DNA of 64,000 bases from Octopus vulgaris (Eukaryota), in contig OX597826.1 of assembly GCA_951406725.2 (NCBI GenBank), positions 34,100,001 through 34,164,000 of the forward strand. Reading direction: 5' to 3'. The notes beneath the pieces are model-generated. The model was not told the DNA's origin, ran no database searches, and worked only from the letters and a program-made list of their open reading frames with translations. The translations under genes and the position numbers were made by a program. This document shows, in pieces, positions 26,385-40,224 of the stretch (the first letter of the stretch is position 1; every line of letters starts with the position of its first letter).

Positions 26385-27060
26385 GGCATAAGTCGATTAG
26401 GTCGAGTGTTCAACAGGTGCTTATTTGTATGCCATAATGATGAAAGGCAAAGTCGACCTCGGTGGAATTTGAACTCAGAACTTAAAGACTGACGAAACGT
26501 TGCTAATAATAATAAAGTTAGGTAGTATTAGAGAGATCAATAACATTGATATCCAGGGTTTGATCGGCTCCTATTTTATTTCGTTCCAAAGGACGAAAAG
26601 CTAAGTTGACTGCGCAGTTTGCATCTAGAACGGAAAGCCAGGAACAAATGCCTCGAAGCATTTTGTCAAATAATATTAGTTTTTAATTTAGGCATAAAAC
26701 CAGGTGGGGGTTATGGTATTCGATACCATTGACACCAGTACTTGCCAGGTTCTTTATCTATCGACCGTAAACAAATGAAAAGGCAAATTTCTCCGTGATA
26801 GGATTCGAAGTAAGAAAGATTCAGAGCTGACAGCACAAGGCATATTTTCTTGATTATGTAACGACTTACTCTATAAGCTTGACATTTTTAATGATGTCTA
26901 ATTGAGGCAGAAGGGTCAGATATAGTTTTCATAGGAGGAGTTAGTCGAATTCATCAGACTTAGGCTGGTAATTTATTTTACCAACCCGAGAAGGAAGAAA
27001 GGCAATGTTTACCTTAACACCATTTGAAATCAGGATGCGAAGAATCAGAAGAAATATATC
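26385..27060 (-). mobile_element. Cluster of about 4 old SINE family B fragments in the same orientation
   Basis: Repeated gatgaaaggcaaagtcgacctcggtggaatttgaactcagaac-like segments at ~26440, ~26590, ~26775 and ~26990. Confidence 0.65.
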
Positions 27061-27812
27061 GTGATACAACTGTACCGTTCGCCGGTACTGACGAAATATC
27101 GTCAACTGATTATCTTTGCATTTTAGCAAATGTCGTCTGCACGAGATGATTATTCTGGACGTTTACCGTCATTCATTTGGCTGGGGAACGAAATTTGCCG
27201 AAGGTGTGCAAGCCCAGGTCCCAAAAGTTTTACAAACAAGGTCTTACTGCTTTTAAAAAAATTATATTTGCTCTTTGTTCTTTGAAAAGAAACCTAAATT
27301 GAAGCTACTATTTACAAATCCCATTTTACGTACTCTTTGAGTGTGTGTGCGCTGTGTTCAGAAAATATTTCATAATTTTTTTTATTTATTAACAGCAATG
27401 AAGATTTTGAAACTTTGGAACTAATTTGATTTTCATGAAAATTATGAAAATAAGAAAGTAGTCAGCTATAGCTATGGTTTGAACTTCTGAATGCAACCGG
27501 TAAGACATCAGTTTAACTTGGCTATCATTCAACCTTGAAACTAAGAGTTTTAGAATTGTGACATTATAAATTATTATTAAATCAAAATAGAGTTAAGAGG
27601 TCGGGAAACTTCACAAAGCAGTTCTTTCCACAAAGTATGTTTTGATTATCTGCAGCTTTTCATATTTTGTTATTATGCATTTGTTGCGGCCACTAATAAT
27701 ATAAGGAAATAAGGATTTAAAATAAAATAAGGTTGACAGATGATGTCCGTGTGATTTAACATCTAAGTCATTCTCTGACTCACTCCCCGTTCTCTTACTT
27801 TCTCTCTAACTT

Positions 27813-27845
<33 letters not shown>

Positions 27846-28105
27846 CACGCAACCACACGGTCACACACATTGTAGACACCGAACGCCTTAATCTCAGAAG
27901 CAAAAATGAGGAAAATATATGTCCATATACGTCCATTCATCCATATACATATATATTTCCTCGGACCTGTGATTTTTCTTTACTTGTTTCTGTTTTCTTC
28001 CTCTTCATTGATCTTCTTTCCAAACAAGGACAAGTGACAGAAACTTTTAAAGCATTTCCAGCTTCAAGTTTGAATCTCTTATCGTTTTTATACACATTCA
28101 CTGTG

Positions 28106-28280
<175 letters not shown>

Positions 28281-28699
28281 AAGCGTGTGTTTACCTTTGA
28301 TGATTCGATCAAATTGTAACTACAACCCTCGACGCCTGACTTTACATTGAAAGCACGACTTTTCTAATAAATCTTCCATTAGGCTTATTTTCGAGACTAA
28401 ATCTGTTCTGGAGTGTATTAGTAAAGGCATGAAAGACCAGATTATCCTCATAGTGAGGTTAAACATTCCGTGTGAAAGTGCTGTCATCTCTCACTTCCAC
28501 ACTCTCCCTAAGCAATCGAATACTTACGTCCTGCAGTTTGATATTTCTGATTACTACGTTTCTGTATTTCCCAATCTATATTAAATATGGATTTTAATTT
28601 TTACTAGAAAATTCACCCCGCATAGCAGTTATGTTAACGGCTAAAAAAAAAAACGACTCCTCTATTTTAAAACAAATACTAGTTCTGTAATTCCATAAT

Positions 28700-30200
28700 T
28701 AGCTATTTTGACATCACCAGGAGCTTTTCCGAATCTGGGGAAGTTACGCATCTAGTAGACTACTATCACAAAATAATGAGCACTTCTACAGCGTCTTTGA
28801 GAAGCTGCCCTTCTTGCAACAAACAGAACGTGGAGGTCATCCATGGAGCGTTCTTCAAAAGCTATAATCTCTCTAACTCCTCTGAAACTAGCACTAAAGT
28901 AGTCAACTTCTTGGACGTTACTCTCGACTTAAAATCTATCTAGTCAATACTACTACCCTCATCATAAGCCCAAGGAGTCCTTACAATACATCAACGTCAA
29001 TTTTAACCATCCTAGATATATTTTAGAGAGCATACTTTCGATTAGGATTTCTAACCTATCCACCAATCTCCCTACTGCAACAAAGCCCTCTGCAATAAGG
29101 ATTTTATGGTGTGCACCGCTGCTCTCCCCTTTAGTTACTCTATTTCAATAAGTCTTCCATTGAAATTTCATACTCCACCACCACAAAAAACCTTGTATCT
29201 GTAGTAGCTATTTGTAATAGGTAAAAGCTTGACCAACTAATTACAGGTCAGAGAATCACCGATCGAGCTTCGTCCCTAATCGTGCTAATGATAACACCGT
29301 AATCTTGAACAGGCTCACCTTTTACCTTAGCAATCACCCGTACACCAATAACACCCTTTACTCGTAACTATGGTGAAACTAATTCTAGACAACTCCGCTA
29401 GCCCTAGGGACACGTTAAACTCACACTTGTTTTTGAAGCATCCTATCAATGGTATATCATCCAACAATGCCTGTAACGTGTTAGACTTTACTATTGGCCT
29501 GGCCTTTGAAGTGCAGATTCTCCAAATGTGAGTTGCTTAGGCTTCGAAATTAACATCATCCACGATACTGCCGTGGGTTTGGTCCACCTCTTATCAATAA
29601 TCATAAAACCGAGTTAGTCTTCTTTAAATATCCGAACCTCATCCACCTTAAAAGAAATGAATACCTTTGTCTGCACCCATAAGTTGAATGATAATATAGA
29701 CCATGATAGGGTATTCAAGGACACCCAATCTACCATCGTTAGGAAAATCTATAAGTATCGGGCTGAAATAATTGTCCCCTGAACGGCTGTTATAATGTTA
29801 TGTATAAATGTTGAGTCAGAACCCGACGTTTGCACCACACTAGATTGTACATTTTGGGCATGATCTACTTCAAGCGATGTTATTTTGAAAACCTGAGTTA
29901 CTACTCAAATAAACCTCCTAAATAGTTTACTTCCATCACCAGTCACATATACGGCTGCAAGACACAGGTCACACCTTTTACCATAACTAAATCTTTAATT
30001 TGTGGTGGAAGCCCCTGCAATACAAATCATCGCATCTGTAAATTACGTTTCTGCTAGTCAATCGCTATTCTACATCAAAATGAAACATCTTTATTCAATC
30101 AATTCTCTGACGCAACTTTTGCTTGTAGACATGAATATTATACAGGACTGCTGCTCATTATGTAACAGCATTATTATTTCTCATCGTCTCAGTCAAATCT
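28700..30200 (+). mobile_element. Decayed Penelope-like element: RT C-terminus, linker and GIY-YIG endonuclease
   Basis: KVVNFLDVTLDL, HKPKESLQYINVNFNHP, IRISNLS, a WF.PP-like segment, NCPLNG..NVMYKC...RLYI...FKR and a C-terminal CSLCN occur in the PLE order. Many stops and frameshifts. Confidence 0.8.
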
Positions 30201-30933
30201 ACCTTTTGGACGCCATATCTTCTTTTACAACTACCCCCGCTCGCTTACAACAGTGCTTATTTCTCTTGCTATCCTGTACCTCGCCCATGTTATTAACTGC
30301 TTTATCTTGTCCCCTGCTATTTTGAACTGACAAAAATGTCTCTTCACTTAGCTGTTAACATTATCTTTATGACTGCTCCACGTCGAGTAACATCTTCATC
30401 TTGAGTCTCCCCTCAATCACTCCTTCTATCTGACTCCTCCCACCACCTTTTCCCACCTATTTCTCGCTCTCCCATTCAGCTATCTGTAGACTTTATATTT
30501 GTAAACATGCATTTACCATCTTGCTCGTGGCATGTATGCATGTGCCTGACGTGACTCCAACTGCAAAACTGATGCAACACATAATACGCTGCCCATCACA
30601 CCCAAACGTACAAGGAGAGTCATAGGATTGGTGGGAACGATCGTCGTACGGTATAAAGACTAATACAAAAATATATCTTCTGTTTCATTAATCGATCGTT
30701 ATTTCAACTAACACTACACAATTCCTGAAGTAGATCGAACGGAAATGTGTCCCAACTGCGGACGGCAGCAGGTAGCCCAGACCGTGCTACTGCTTTACTC
30801 AACACACTGACATATACCCATTAGTCCCCCAAAACTCTCTCTATATATACATATATATATATATACATATGTATGTATGTATGTATGTATGTTTCTATGT
30901 ATGTATCTCTCTCTCTCTCTGTATATAAATATA

Positions 30934-31315
30934 GGCGCAGGAGTGGCTGTATGGTAAGTAGCTTGCTTACCACTTGATTCTGGGTCCAGTCCCACAGCGT
31001 GGCATCTTGGGCAAGTGTCTTCTACTATAGCTTCGGGCCGACCAAAGCATTGTGAGTGGATTTGGTAGATGGAAACTGAAAGAAGCCCGTCGATATATAT
31101 ATGCATGTATGTATATGTTTGTGTGTCTGTGTTTGTCCCCGAACATCGCTTGACAACAGATGCTGGTGTGCTTACGTCCCAGTAACTTAGCGGTCTGGCA
31201 AAAGAGAACGATAGAATAAGTACTAAGCTTACAAAGAATAAATCCTGGCTCGATTTGCTCGACTAAAGGCGGCGCTCCAGCATGGCCGCAGTCAAATGGC
31301 TGAAATAAAAAAAGG
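30934..31315 (+). mobile_element. tRNA-derived SINE family A, full length
   Basis: ggcgcaggagtggctgtatggtaagtagcttgc...gggtccagtccc...ggcggcgctccagcatggccgcagtcaaatggctgaaa. Confidence 0.93.
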
Positions 31316-32184
31316 AATACATATAGACATACATACGTATACATACGCTCATACACAGGCGGACACAAATGCACGGACCCTTATAAATGCATATAAAACA
31401 CTTAACATACCTGCTAGCTGACAATTTGCTTTTTATATGACGCACTCGTTTCGGTAGAGTCCCACTAAGAAAATGTAGAGATGCAGCAAGAACATAAGCG
31501 AAAATGAATTCCACCGGACTTGTTAAAACCATTTATGGAAAGATTACAGTCGAATCCAATAAACGCAGAAGAGGCGTCTTCTTATTCAAAAGTTACTGTC
31601 AGAAAATAAGAAATACGATTGTATACAAATAAAGTGATATCGGACGGCATCGGGATATTTGTAAAATATACGAGTTCAGCTTTTTAATATTTTTAGCATA
31701 TCTTATTTATCTAAACCATTTTGCACAAGATGCAATGCAGAAGGCTAGAACCCGAAACGATATGAAGCGAATTTCTTTGTCACTCTTTCTTGCACTTGCT
31801 TCTGCATATATAAAATTCGTACATAACAACCAATAAAATGAAGGGATAGTGACCAGTAGACGAGAAGTATATTAGTGGAATTTTCAGAAAAAAACAAAAA
31901 CAAAAACAAAAAAAATTAAAATACAACAGATGTGGGGTTGTTACAGGACCAGATGATACTTGGGCCGAGCTTGTTGCGAATATCTCGATACAGTTGGTTA
32001 TCTGAAGTACCAATTGTGTAAATTAGCCTACTCGGAATGATGTCAAGATAATGGAAATGAATACAAGGGTTCCTTGATGTATCTAATTTTATTTTTTGTA
32101 TTTCTTGAACACTAGGACTCCTATGGTGTGAGTGAAATCACAACATTTTTCAGAACGCGACACTGTTCCATTGCAGAGTTGAAG

Positions 32185-32385
32185 GCCAGAATTTTTTTTT
32201 AAGTGGAATGGTCACAAGTCGATCACATCGACTCCAGTACTTACCAGAACTTTATTTTATCGACCCAGAAGGGATGTGGAGCAAACTTGATCTCCGTGGT
32301 GTTTGATCACAGAACTTAAAAGGCCACAAGAAATACCGCTCAATTTTTGCCTAACGTACTAAAGACTCAGCCAGCTCACGACTTT
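32185..32385 (-). mobile_element. Old SINE family B copy
   Basis: gtcgatcacatcgactccagtac...ttttatcgacccagaagggatg...ccagctcacg. Confidence 0.65.
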
Positions 32386-33480
32386 ATTATTGTCATGATT
32401 TTGTCTAAATTTTGATATTTAACTGCAAAATTGTGTGTCTGAGACATTTACAATATTAACCATAGAAAAAATGGTAAATTATATGGAAAATTTAAATAGG
32501 TTGCCGTATAGATTCTGATTCCGTTTCGAACCAATGCTCATACTATAAATCTTTAGAACTAATAAATCACGCGAATCCACTTATATAATTGTTACTTAAA
32601 CAGCTAAGGTAGAATAGTCTCTCCAGAATGATCAACACACTATAATGTAAGGTTTTCTTTCTAGTTTGTCGTTCAAAATGTATCTATTAATTTAAACTTG
32701 TTATTTGTGCTACAGATTTGCTTAACAGCACACAGTTAAAGCAGAAACTGTACATAGTAAAATCTTTCCAATTTGTTTAAGAATTTTGATCCGATTTAAT
32801 GGGTAGGGTTAAAATTACTATGTCTACAATATATTGGTAATAATCTGATTCGTTCAAGCGATCTTATTTATGAGAAATAATTATTACACCCAATTATGGT
32901 ATAGCGAGTTTAGTTCTTCGAAACAGAAAAATATAATGGTGAGTCTATTAATAAGAATCGGATAAAAATGATGTCCGCCATTTTAATGATACCATCAATT
33001 TGATTTATTGCAATTCATTTAATTTAAACTGTAGTGGATCTCGGAAATATTCCATGTACTGCTACAATTTTAGAGTACTAGTACATTCACAATAGTTGAA
33101 GGAAGTGTAGTAGTGTAGTATACCATGTTTAGCTTTACCGATTCCGAATTGATAGTTAGCAGACTTTTAAAGCAAAAGGTATTAGTTCGACAATATTCCG
33201 AACTGTGGTAGACAACCTTAAGTATGTTTTTATTGAGTTCTCCTCTGAAACATAGTTACCTGTGTCTCAAACTGGTGAGGATGTGTAGTACTTCAGAAAT
33301 ATATATCTTGAGAATATATTTCTGTATAGAACAACTGAGATCTCTCGAGATAGCGAAAGCCTTCAACCCGCTTAAGTTTCATTGCTGATATCTAGCGCAT
33401 AATGAACGCACATTTTTAACTTTTATCTTTTACTTGTTTCGTTCCTTAGACTGAGGCTATGCTGGGGCACCAAAAGCAGT

Positions 33481-33826
33481 GGAGGCGCAATGGCCCAATG
33501 GTTAGGGCAGCGGACTCGCGGTTTCTATTCCCAGACCGGGCGTTGTGTGTGTTTATTGAGCGAAAACACCTAAAGCTCCACGAGGCTCCGGCAGAGAGTG
33601 GTGGCGACCCCGGTTGTACTCTTTCGCTCCAACTTTCTTTCACTCTTTCTTCCTGTTTCTTGTCCCCGACTTCCTGCACAACCGCTGAGCCTGGATGCGC
33701 ATTCATCCATCCGTCGATGCTCTCGGTGTCGGGGGTTGACCTGCTTTCTCTTCTGCGGGTCTTACGAATAGCAAAGGACCACGCTTCGTACTTCTCCCAG
33801 GCGCTCAACAAACAAATAAACGAACA
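33481..33826 (+). mobile_element. tRNA-derived SINE family C (tail type 1), next to an old family A end
   Basis: ggaggcgcaatggcccaatggttagggcagcggactcgcgg head, (CAAA)n-like tail, and aaaagca repeated on both sides. Confidence 0.8.
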
Positions 33827-34084
33827 AAAAGCACCAACGGCAATATATTCATTGCTGCGGTCGCTTACTTCCGAAAGTCTGCTGAAGACAGACGCTCAGA
33901 TTAGGGTGGTTCTAGAGGTGATATCACGCGGACCTGTTTCAACTCGGGATTTTCTTTATATACATCTGTTGTTTTTCAAATGTTTAATACTGTAAATTTT
34001 TACCACAGCCATTATAACATCATTCTAAGTATTCTAACTTTGCGTGGTATGTACGGATGTCTGTCTGTACACACACACACAAAT

Positions 34085-34231
34085 ATCTCCTTGTTTTTTT
34101 CTGTATACCTTTCTGTAGAAGAGCGTAGGCTCGAAACGTAAAATAGTTTTCTATTCCTCAGCGTTATACTAATACATCTGTTTGTTTTGTACACCACCTG
34201 TCTTCGTCTTTTTTTTTCGTAAACTTTTCCT
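34085..34231 (+). mobile_element. Short repeat (probable PLE terminal-repeat end) containing a hammerhead variant and abutting (TA)n
   Basis: Homologous to 50540-50695 (ctttctgt.gaagagcgtaggct.gaaac...atactaataca...ccacctg.cttcgtctttt...ttcgtaaac). Confidence 0.7.
34110..34143 (+). ncRNA. Minimal hammerhead variant (A6U core, extra A before stem II)
   Basis: TTT CTGTAGA a GAGC gtag GCTC GAA ACGT A AAA. It has a 3-bp stem I, a perfect 4-bp stem II, the ACGT palindrome and a GUA triplet. Confidence 0.5.
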
Positions 34232-34384
34232 ATATATATATATATATATACACACACACAAACATACACTGTACAAGTAATGTACGTACTTAGGCATACT
34301 CGATGCGCTAGCATGCATACAGATATTTACATACATATGCATGTTTGTCTATGTCTATCTATTCAGCCATCTATCCATTTCTCA

Positions 34385-34617
34385 AAGGCGGCGAGCTGGC
34401 AGAAACGTTAGCACGCCAGGCGAACTGCGTAGCCGTTTTTCGTCTGTCGTTACGTTCCAAGTTCAAATTCCGCCGAGGTCGACTTTGCCTTTCATCTTTC
34501 GGGGTCGATAAATTAAGTACCAGTTACGCACTGGGGTCGATGTAATCGACTTAATCCCTTTGTCTGTCCTTGTTTGTCCCCTCTGTGTTTAGCCCCTTGT
34601 GGGTAGTAAAGAAATAT
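34385..34617 (+). mobile_element. tRNA-derived SINE family B (tail type 1), young copy
   Basis: Full length, with a perfect 16-bp TSD atctatccatttctca at 34369-34384 and 34618-34633. Confidence 0.95.
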
Positions 34618-34738
34618 ATCTATCCATTTCTCACGCTCTCTCTCTCGCACTCTTTCTCCAGCTTTATATGTATGTGTACATGTATGTATATGTATGTATA
34701 TACATGCAATGGTTATTGCAATTCTTGCAGCTTTTTGA

Positions 34739-34847
34739 ATACTAATACATCTGTTTGTTTTGTACACCACCTGTCTTCGTCTTTTTTTTTCGTAAACTTT
34801 TCCTATATATATATATATACACACACACAAACATACACTGTACAAGT
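34739..34847 (+). repeat. Local direct duplication of 34166-34278
   Basis: Near-identical copy that includes the repeat end, the (TA)n(CA)n tract and the unique flank aaacatacactgtacaagt. Confidence 0.9.
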
Positions 34848-36391
34848 TACTGTTTTTTTTTTTGTTGAGTTTAAAAGAATAACAAATTCTTTTAATTATG
34901 TTTTGCATATATGCTAATCTTTAGACTGTAATTAAAGTGAAAAACATTCCTAATATATCTTTATGCTTTCAATTATGATATATTAATGTATCTGAAAAGA
35001 CAACGACTCGAATGTAAACTTCATTTAATGTGTTACATGTCTTTGGCTGTTATGTAATGAAACTAGGCAACCATGCTTTAAATGCAAAATATTTTCAAAA
35101 TCTTTGTTTATGGTTAGAATAAATGTTGGCTACGAGATGTCTGAGTCTCTGTATGTTCAAATTTATCTAGTTTTGCAGTTTGTATATGGTTAAGTTAGAA
35201 TGAAGAAATACGAAGAAAGTTATAGATATAAATAAGGAATGTTTTGTAAATATATCTAACCCCCTTAGGGAACACCAGACTTAATACTTGCTTGGAAAGT
35301 TCTTTCTTAATATTGTCAGCAATGAAGCGTTTGACAGGAAACATGCATACTTATATACACATACATACGTACGTAATACATACAGATCTATATGTGCATG
35401 GGTATATATTTTTATATATGTTCATGTGTGTGTATATGCATTTGTGTCTATTTACATTTGTATGTGCATGCATATGCTTCATACATATAGAAATGTTATT
35501 AGCGAAATCCTTTCCACCCTTACCCTCCTCTCTTCAGCTTCCTTCTATCCTCATTTTGCAATTTTTTTCCAACAAATTCTTCATTCTTCATTCGGATTCG
35601 CATAAACCAATAAAACCATGTCATGACTGAAACATTGGACATCTGATTTTACTTTCCATTCTTTTAACATGTAATTTATGTGTGTTTTTGTATACATTAA
35701 TATTTCTATACATACATATATATATATATACACACACATATATATATTCTCATTTCAATACTTTAATTATTAATTTCTTCTCTCTACCCCATCTTAAATA
35801 ATTCTGTTTGAAAAGCAGCAGAAACAATTTGAAGAATTGGCAAAGCATTTTTTTATAATTTATTAGCAGCATTATTTTTATTGTTGTTATTGTTGTTTAT
35901 TTATTTATTTGTTTTGCCCAAAGGCTACTAAGAAATAATCTGTTTCTATTCAAATTGATCATATTCAATCATATTTATATATTCTTTCACAGATTCCACA
36001 CCGACCTAACAGCCTGTCCTCCACCACACTGAAGCCATCAACAACCTCCCGCACCTCTCTCAAAAGGATTTGAACTTTCAGATTTATTCATTATGTTAAT
36101 ATTTCATCTACTATTCTGAATCAGGTTAAAGTTGCTTGACTTGCAACTATTCCGTATTTAATTCAATTTCTTATCTTATTTCCTTGCTGCCTTATTAATA
36201 ATTTCATGCGCCTGCATTTATCACGACAGTAAGCTGTTGGTTTCTATGTTGCTATGTTCTGAATGGACTTATGTTCACGTAACGTACGCACGAACTATGT
36301 AACAACGTACGCATGATCATACATACGCACATTCACATATATATATATATATATATATTTATAAATCTAACTCTAAATATACATACATGCA

Positions 36392-36458
<67 letters not shown>

Positions 36459-36475
36459 CATATATATATATATAT

Positions 36476-36531
<56 letters not shown>

Positions 36532-38684
36532 GTATATGTATGTATGTATGTATATAAGTCTGTGTGTGTATGAATCTTATGTATAAATTTATGTAATGTA
36601 TGTACCCATGCACATACACACTCTTACAAAAAATTACAGCGAAAGAACTACGTGACAGCCTATCATAGACATATACAGGTATATATAGGGAAATTGCACA
36701 CATCCACATCCAGACACGCAAATATGGTGTCACACATTAACATACAGAGACACAAGTCGTGGAGCTGAAGCTGCTAGAATATATTTTATTCATAAAATCA
36801 TTTTATTAAGGCTTCAGGAGAAATTATATTGTGATGTTTATTCTTTTCTTAAGGGCGATAGTGGCTTATATGATAGAAATAGTTTCAACGAAGGATGCGA
36901 TTCAAACAATAAACTCATGTCTGTTCTACTTCATGTATACTTTTGTGCATACTTTTGGTGCATACTTTTGTGTCTATTAGTTTGGGTTAGTTAAAACAGT
37001 CATTATATCGTTTCAGACTTTCTTTAGCAATCAAGTTTGATGTTGATTGTAGTAAGAGAGCAATAATGACAAATGGAGTATTGCATTTGATTGAAGAACT
37101 GGCTTTAACAAGTTTCTCGTAAGGGGTGGCTGAATGGTCTGGCATTAGGAACGGCTTCCGGTTTTACTACAAGTGAGCCGTGATGAGCATATTTAAAATG
37201 TTGTCATGGTACCCACAAGGTCGAATTACACTTTAGTACTAAACAAAAAAAAAAAAAACAGACAAGATTTTGTTTGTTGTTGTTATCAGGAATATGGTTG
37301 ACAGGGAGGAAATCTGACGGAATTATGTTTGAGAAGCGAAACTTATAAGTGGACTGATTGTTGCTGTTTATCAGTAGGTGAATCCTGGGAAGTTATACCT
37401 GGAGAAATATCTTTGAACTTTGCTTGGTATTTACTGTAGTCTTTAGAGATGAATATCTACTGCATACGAGAGTTCGAATCTGCACATTCTAATAAGCACA
37501 TTCCATAGCATTTATTATTTTGGACGTCATAATTCTCTATCAGAAATGCTTATTTACTGGGAAGTACTATTGTTGCCGAATTGCTACGTAGGCCTTTTCA
37601 CACAATCAAGACTCTCATTCGAACCCAATGTGAGGTATGTGGAGCATTTGTCATCTTCTTTAACCTTATCTCAATCCCTACCTTTTGAGTGAAAGGGGAG
37701 AGGTAGAAACTGCGTTGAAGCCCAAGATACGGCCATATCACAATGTCACACTGTGCCATGCTGATTATGTGCCGCGGCCAAACGGTGGTACTATCATCAA
37801 GAGTTTTAGGTGACTGAGGATGAAGTAGTTACGAATCGAACTTTGTAACTACGCAGCCACCCACGAAATTCCCATTATTTGATGGAGTTAAGAAAACAGA
37901 TCAAACAGTTGTTGCGGCTCAAATCTAATTTCAAATTTTAAGAAATCAAATACTTTTAATACTTCTCTCAAAATAACTGTACCATAACAATTTAAAACTC
38001 ACTAACAATGGTAAAACGTTCAGGTGAGAAGAAAGAACGAGTTTGACAATGAGTTTAAACACTTAGCGAGCAGCATTTGAGAACAATTCTGTTGAAGCAA
38101 ATTAGAACCCTTCAATGATTTGCCTGAGTTACTAAGAAAAATAAACTTTCAAAACTCCAATCCATTAAACTATACTTGTATATGACTCTTTCTTACCAAG
38201 TTGAGTAATGGTTATACCATTATACTAATCTATTTCTTAGTTACCACTGGAATAAGGGGACGGTTGAGGCAGGCTACAGTGTTAATATAGAATCCTAAAT
38301 CAAAGCTTAGAGTCATTGATGTCTAAACACTTTCATTAAACTTCAAGTTTTTTTACTGTTGACAATGGTTGAACTTCACACACATATTTAGTAATTGCTT
38401 ACACCTATCTACACGGGAACATGGAGATTTAAATACTTTGGCTACGGATAGAATTAAATACATTAACAAAAGTCCTTGTTAAATACTGGAAACTGGAGAA
38501 TGATCAACGTTTACGAACTTTTTAGGCAAGATGCGGTGAAGTATATATCGGGTTTACAAGTTGTATTTTCAGCTTTCTGTAAATGAATATGCTTTACTTT
38601 CTTTAGATTTTTAAGATTTTGTTTTGCAAAACAATAAACGTTATCCTATAGCAGCATGTTATTTACATCTTAAAATATGCATAC

Positions 38685-39760
38685 TCTGCCGTTTTGGGCT
38701 TTGTAAATCTTCATCAGATTAAAACACTCTTATAAAGATAATCCCGTTCACCTTTATACAGTCGCTTCCATTCAATGAGTTTAAGGGATCATGAAGTTGA
38801 ACAGAAATCTGTTTTAAGGAGTACTGTTATACGGACAACAATATAATGGATAACATCAGTGATTTCACGAACAGATTTTAGTTCTTTGTGTAATATATTT
38901 CTTAAGGGAATAATCTTAGTCTTCATAGATATATATCTAAGAGAATATTTCATTAGTTTATTTACATAATAGACCGCGTATTTCCCCAAACTATTAAACC
39001 GGTAAACAATAAAATATGATATTTCTTTTATCATGAATAATACAGTCCGTGATCTTTGAATCCAAACAAAAGTTCTCGTTATATTAAGAAGTCAACTTTA
39101 TACAATGACTATCCAGTTACTTAAAGCTGAACTTTCACCTCTGAATAGGTAATGAGAATAAATAAAGAGGCCATTACAGCGAGACCTCTCTGCAGAATTG
39201 CGATTCACCTTGTTCAAATAAATAGCCAAACGATTTTCAATTTTATTGACTTATTCATGTAGAAGAACTCGTGCAACATTGAAGATAAGCCAGATTTAAA
39301 TTCCTGTAAACCAAGGGGATAAGTCCTAACATAAGAATGAAGCTGGTTCCAGCGCTTCTTAACTATATTTATTACCAAACTGATTGATGCAATATTAAGA
39401 TAAATTTCACATTCTACCGTTCTAGTTCAGTTGAATAAACCTCTAAGTATATTATCATACAATTCCAAAAGTCAAGGAATTTCATTCAATGCATAGCTTG
39501 GTACAGCACAAGTGACCAACCTTGCATTCCAGACTTTCAGAATACATTTTCCATTATGGAGAATAGATAGAAGAACAATGATTCTTTCTGCAAAATAGAA
39601 AGATAAAATCATCGATGGAAACCAAATTATCTGTTTTCAATATATTGAACCAAACACATTGATTATAAAGCCGTTCATTATTATATATTACTTGTTAATG
39701 TAAACTTATATATTCGCTGCTGCAACGAAATAAATACTTGAATCTTCAGCTTGTTGCTTC
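38685..39760 (-). mobile_element. Decayed Penelope-like element (RT, GIY-YIG and downstream hammerhead remnant)
   Basis: Minus strand, in order: VSIDDFIF (cf. YIDD), SYFIVYRFNSLGKYAVYYVNK (cf. GIY-YIG 'S.VVYKF.C.GC...YVG'), then CTGATGA agatttacaaagccc aaaa cggc at 38685-38717. Confidence 0.55.
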
Positions 39761-40004
39761 GCTGCCTGCAAGCGGTCTCTCTTTATCTGTTTTTAACAAA
39801 CATTAGTAGAATAAATTAAATTTTATAATTCTTCAACAATGCTAAGTTATGATATATGGCATAAAGACAATAACGACTTCATGCACCAAATGATAAAATA
39901 TGAAGTAGATCAGATAGAATCTACATTAGAGCATTATTACAATGTTTTTTATAGGCCCTGAAGGGGGTAAAACGTAAAGTCGATTACCAGTCATATCTGA
40001 AATC

Positions 40005-40050
40005 AGAATGCAGGTGTAACCAAACACTAAGATAATATTTTGCATTGTCG

Positions 40051-40093
<43 letters not shown>

Positions 40094-40138
40094 GAATGCA
40101 GGTGTAACCAAACACTAAGATAATATTTTGCTTTGTCG

Positions 40139-40188
<50 letters not shown>

Positions 40189-40212
40189 AACTACTACTAC
40201 TACTACTACTAC
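40005..40212. repeat. Tandem duplication of a ~48-bp unit plus (CTA)n
   Basis: agaatgcaggtgtaaccaaacactaagataatattttgc(a/t)ttgtcgac starts at 40005 and 40093, each followed by (TAC)n. Confidence 0.93.
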
Positions 40213-40224
40213 TTGTATGATACC

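Noticed and set aside
33294-33324. Short hairpin cagaaatatat...atatatttctg and nearby ctgaga...gcgaaagc
   Set aside because: An AT-rich 11-bp stem is expected by chance, and the hammerhead core spacing is wrong.
37544-37640. Possible internal exon (cag|...gag|gtatgt, one open frame)
   Set aside because: Weak polypyrimidine tract, no recognisable peptide and no partner exons.
39440-39500. Plus-strand TI.KSQG resembling a PIF1 helicase motif
   Set aside because: It needs a frameshift and has no other helicase motifs. The minus strand is better explained as a PLE.
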